The position numbers were made by a program, and so were the translations under genes. This document shows, piece by piece, positions 61,161-64,000 of a stretch of 64,000 bases of DNA. The DNA is taken from NCBI GenBank assembly GCA_040768485.1, contig JAXGMU010000010.1, positions 1,477 to 65,476 on the forward strand, read 5' to 3'. The notes beneath the pieces are model-generated. The model made no database searches, was not told the origin of the DNA, and was given only the letters and a program-made list of their open reading frames with translations. The stretch's first letter is position 1. Every line of letters begins with the position of its first letter. The DNA is from Bacteroidales bacterium (GTDB lineage Bacteria > Bacteroidota > Bacteroidia > Bacteroidales > GCA-2748055).

Positions 61161-62627
61161 TCATTTTCCGAACACCTTGATCAGCTTTCCCGCCTGTACC
61201 TGATCGGTCAGTTCCAGGTTGTTGAGCAGGGCCAGTTTCTCCATCTGCTCCTGCTTGACGCCGTAGTTCCTGAATGCTTCGGCGAGGGTGCCCGTCCGCT
61301 GCACTTTTTTGATCTGGATCCTGTCCGGCATCCTGTTCAGTTTGGAAGCATCGGTGAGCCTGTTGAAGGTTGTCTCGTATTGCCTGAAGGTATCGCTGTA
61401 TCTGTTGTAATCGGCTTCGGTGGTAACCCCGTGGAACACGAAGAAATTCCCGCTGTAATCGATGAAATGGGAATAAACGATGTTCGTCTGGGTTTGCCCT
61501 GTGGCCTGGTCCTGGTTCACCTGCTTGGAAAGGGTGCGGATGGCAGGCAGTCCGTTGACCGCGACCTGACTGCTCTCAATCAGCTGCAGCTCCAGGTTCT
61601 GCAGCGAGGTTCGCGCGGCTTCATCCAGGGACGAACCGGTGGCAAATGTGAAAAGCATCAGGGCGTCCCCGCTTTCCGGTGCCATGATCACCTGTGCGGG
61701 CTGGTTCTGCAGCTGCCAGCCGGCCGGGAAGGAGAAAGTGAATTTAAGCTCGGGATGATAGAAGGTGTTGCCTTCCACGTATCCCTGCCTGGGATCCTCG
61801 CCGTAAACGATCCCGTCGATCATCTGCAGGTAGCTGTCGGAATTCACCTTCCATGATTCGTTGTCCAGGTTCTGCTGCCACTTTTCCGCCTCGAGCTTCA
61901 CATATATATACCGGTCAGCCGGACTTGGATGGGTGGAGAGGAAGGTGGGGACGCCTCCTTCGCCCTCCGGCATGCTCATTTTCTCCAGCACCTGGAAAAA
62001 ATCCGCCATTTTGCCCGCATCATACCCGATCAGTGAGGAGTAGGCCACTCCCAGCGTATCGGCCTGGCGCTCATTCTCACGGCTGAATTTCAAAAAGAGC
62101 AGCTGCATGCCCTGCATGGCGTATTCGGCATAGGAAGCGAATTTTTCAGAGGCGATCATGCCACCGATCAGCAGCAGCTGTCCGATCGTCTGTTTGCTCT
62201 GCTGACTGGCCGAGTGGCGGGCGGTGATATGTCCCATCTCATGGCCCACCACACCCACCAGTTCAGCCTCGTTGTTGAACTGGGCCAGGATACCGCGGGT
62301 CAGGTAGATGTAACCGCCGGGGACGGCGAAGGCATTCACCACAGGGGAGTCCAGGATCTTCACATGGTATTTCAGACCGGGCCGGTGGGAGACTTTCCCC
62401 ATCTCATCCGCCCTGGCCTGGATGAAACCGAGCAGCTGGTCATTCTGGTATTCTCCGAAGGTGGCGATCACCTGCGGGTCATATTCGGAGCCGAGCTGCA
62501 CCTCCTGTTGCTCGGACATGAACATGAGCTGTTTTTTCCCGGTGACCGGGTTGACAGCGCAGGAGGCCGTCCCCAGAAAAATGGCGAGGGTCAGCGTAAT
62601 TTTTCCCGTAATATCCAATCTTCTCAT
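61161..62627 (-). CDS. M48-family zinc metallopeptidase, lipoprotein, with a C-terminal extension
   Basis: Lipobox FLGTASC. NAFAVPGGYIYLTRGIL followed by VGHEMGHITARH (HExxH), and TLGVAYS/STHPSPADR blocks typical of M48 (LoiP/BepA-like). Confidence 0.9.
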   Translation of the reverse strand: MRRLDITGKITLTLAIFLGTASCAVNPVTGKKQLMFMSEQQEVQLGSEYDPQVIATFGEYQNDQLLGFIQARADEMGKVSHRPGLKYHVKILDSPVVNAFAVPGGYIYLTRGILAQFNNEAELVGVVGHEMGHITARHSASQQSKQTIGQLLLIGGMIASEKFASYAEYAMQGMQLLFLKFSRENERQADTLGVAYSSLIGYDAGKMADFFQVLEKMSMPEGEGGVPTFLSTHPSPADRYIYVKLEAEKWQQNLDNESWKVNSDSYLQMIDGIVYGEDPRQGYVEGNTFYHPELKFTFSFPAGWQLQNQPAQVIMAPESGDALMLFTFATGSSLDEAARTSLQNLELQLIESSQVAVNGLPAIRTLSKQVNQDQATGQTQTNIVYSHFIDYSGNFFVFHGVTTEADYNRYSDTFRQYETTFNRLTDASKLNRMPDRIQIKKVQRTGTLAEAFRNYGVKQEQMEKLALLNNLELTDQVQAGKLIKVFGK

Positions 62628-62777
62628 CTGAAATGGTTTAGTGGTTAGTTAAGCGGCCGCCTTCACCCGGCCTTTCATTCTGCTGGCATGTGGCATACCG
62701 CAATTCCAATTTACAAAGAAATCCCTTAATTCCTGCATGCGGCGGTTTTTATTATCTTCGTGATCAAACCATCGCCC

Positions 62778-64000
62778 ATGAATGCCAGAAATACTCCCGT
62801 TAAACAGCGGCTGATGCTGCTCCTGATGCTGACGGCAGCCTGTTTCCCGGCTGTGTCGGGGCAGGGATTTTTGCATGCGGATGGAAAGCAGATCGTTGAC
62901 GGGACGGGAGAGAACGTGATCCTGAGGGGTATCGGGACGGGGAACTGGATGCTGCAGGAAGGGTATATGATGGAGAGCGGCGACGTTGCCGGCACCCAGC
63001 ACGAATTCAGGGAAAAGCTGATCAACACAATCGGCGAGGCACTCACCGACAGTTTCTATACAATCTGGCTGGCGAACCACTGCACCCGGACCGATATTGA
63101 CTCCCTGGCCTCCTGGGGATTCAACAGCGTGCGGGTAGCCATGCATTATAAATGGTTCACCCTCCCCATCGAAGAGGAGCCCGTCAGCGGAGAGCACACC
63201 TGGCTCGAGAAGGGATTTGAAATGATTGATTCGTTGCTGGACTGGTGCGGTGACAATGAGATGTACCTGATCATGGACCTGCACGGGGCGCCCGGGGGAC
63301 AGGGGACCAACGCCTCCATTTCGGATTATGACCCTTCCAAACCTTCCCTGTGGGAGAGCCAGGAGAACAAGGACAAGACGGTGGCACTCTGGACCAGGCT
63401 GGCGGAAAGGTACAGCGATGAGCCCTGGATAGGTGGATATGACCTGATCAATGAGACCAACTGGACCTTCCCGGAAGGGAACAACTCCCAGCTGAGGAAC
63501 CTCTTTGTCCGGATCACGGATTCCATCCGGACGGTGGATCCGAACCACATGATCATCATCGAAGGGAACTGGTTCGCCAACGATTTTTCCGGACTGACCC
63601 CTCCGTGGGATGACAACATGGCCTACAGTTTTCACAAGTACTGGAGCTTCAACGATCCCGGCTCGCTGAACTGGGTGCTGGATCTGAGAAACAATTACAA
63701 TGTGCCCATCTGGCTGGGTGAATCGGGAGAGAATTCCAATACCTGGTTCACCAACCTGATCAGCCTCTGCGAATCCCTGAACATCGGCTGGTCCTGGTGG
63801 CCTTTGAAAAAAGCGGGGATCAACAATCCGCTCCGGGTGGAAATCAACGACGACTACCTGCAGCTGATCGAAAACTGGAAAGGGAACGGTCCGTTTCTGT
63901 CAGCCGGGGAAGCCTTCCAGGCGGTACTTGCATTTGCGGACCGGCACCGGATCGAGAACTGCCATTTCCAGAAGGATGTGGTGGATGCCATGATCCGGCA
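62778..64000 (+). CDS. GH5-like (cellulase-superfamily) glycoside hydrolase, 5' part; continues beyond the window
   Basis: My own translation from ATG 62778: MNARNTPVKQRLMLLLMLTAACFPAVSGQGFLHADGKQIVDGTGENVILRGIG...FNSVRVAMHY...MDLHGAPGGQ...GGYDLINETNW (NE acid/base)...IWLGESGEN (nucleophile Glu). No stop before 64000, hence its absence from the ORF track. TAA in frame at 62727-62729 bounds the 5' end. Confidence 0.85.
   Translation, partial: MNARNTPVKQRLMLLLMLTAACFPAVSGQGFLHADGKQIVDGTGENVILRGIGTGNWMLQEGYMMESGDVAGTQHEFREKLINTIGEALTDSFYTIWLANHCTRTDIDSLASWGFNSVRVAMHYKWFTLPIEEEPVSGEHTWLEKGFEMIDSLLDWCGDNEMYLIMDLHGAPGGQGTNASISDYDPSKPSLWESQENKDKTVALWTRLAERYSDEPWIGGYDLINETNWTFPEGNNSQLRNLFVRITDSIRTVDPNHMIIIEGNWFANDFSGLTPPWDDNMAYSFHKYWSFNDPGSLNWVLDLRNNYNVPIWLGESGENSNTWFTNLISLCESLNIGWSWWPLKKAGINNPLRVEINDDYLQLIENWKGNGPFLSAGEAFQAVLAFADRHRIENCHFQKDVVDAMIR

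Noticed and set aside
1-64000. Search for tRNA, rRNA, integrase, transposase or CRISPR features, especially flanking the AT-rich Rhs cassette block
   Set aside because: None recognised by eye. The intergenic gaps are all 311 nt or shorter and show no cloverleaf-like or array-like structure. The mobile origin of the Rhs cassettes is inferred from composition only.

Overview
G+C-rich chromosomal segment that looks Bacteroidota-like. It has four proteins with T9SS-type C-terminal sorting domains, many lipoprotein and Sec signals, and TAnnTTTG-like boxes upstream of genes. I support about 45 protein-coding genes. I saw no rRNA, tRNA, CRISPR array, integrase or transposase.

Contents from left to right:
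- (1) 1-2030: an AT-rich orphan Rhs/YD C-terminal toxin plus immunity cassette array. It holds one intact tip, one lipoprotein immunity candidate, one decayed tip, and the tail of a preceding AT-rich ORF.
- (2) 2-7.7 kb: housekeeping-type enzymes. These are a SAM methyltransferase, a DDAH-like amidinotransferase, an orphan RHH antitoxin-like gene, an aldo/keto reductase and a sialate O-acetylesterase-like esterase.
- (3) 7.8-15.1 kb: a tight four-gene exported operon. It encodes a C45 Ntn hydrolase, a protein with a 26-27-residue solenoid-like repeat, a C59 Ntn hydrolase, and a lamin-tail/CotH-kinase-like T9SS protein.
- (4) A serine hydrolase, a radical SAM enzyme, and a 1131-aa GLUG/Fibrobacter-paralogous-domain T9SS surface protein followed by a decayed sorting-domain remnant.
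- (5) 21-28 kb: a glycan-degradation-like block with a DUF2264-like gene, two DUF5060-like genes and an exported peroxiredoxin.
- (6) DUF937-like gene, a CbpA-type J-protein, an RND efflux operon and an Fpg/Nei-like gene lacking Pro2.
- (7) A DUF4185-like plus URO-D-like pair, a DUF4386-like gene, an FG-GAP T9SS protein and a second serine hydrolase.
- (8) A translationally overlapped M14 carboxypeptidase pair in which the upstream copy appears to have lost its zinc ligands.
- (9) A secreted protein with a Tyr/His/Trp-rich block and a Thr/Arg-rich tandem-repeat tail.
- (10) 50.2-57.0 kb: a head-to-head duplicated two-gene module. Each copy pairs a polytopic membrane/TPR-like protein with a lipoprotein that carries a conserved CMNCH motif and PD40 propeller repeats. 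This is my best candidate for an uncharacterised system.
- (11) An M48, small lipoprotein, M4/T9SS protease operon.
- (12) A GH5-like gene running off the right edge. It is absent from the ORF track.

Many long antisense ORFs in the track are G+C-composition artefacts. All family names are by-eye motif recognition and need HMM or BLAST confirmation.
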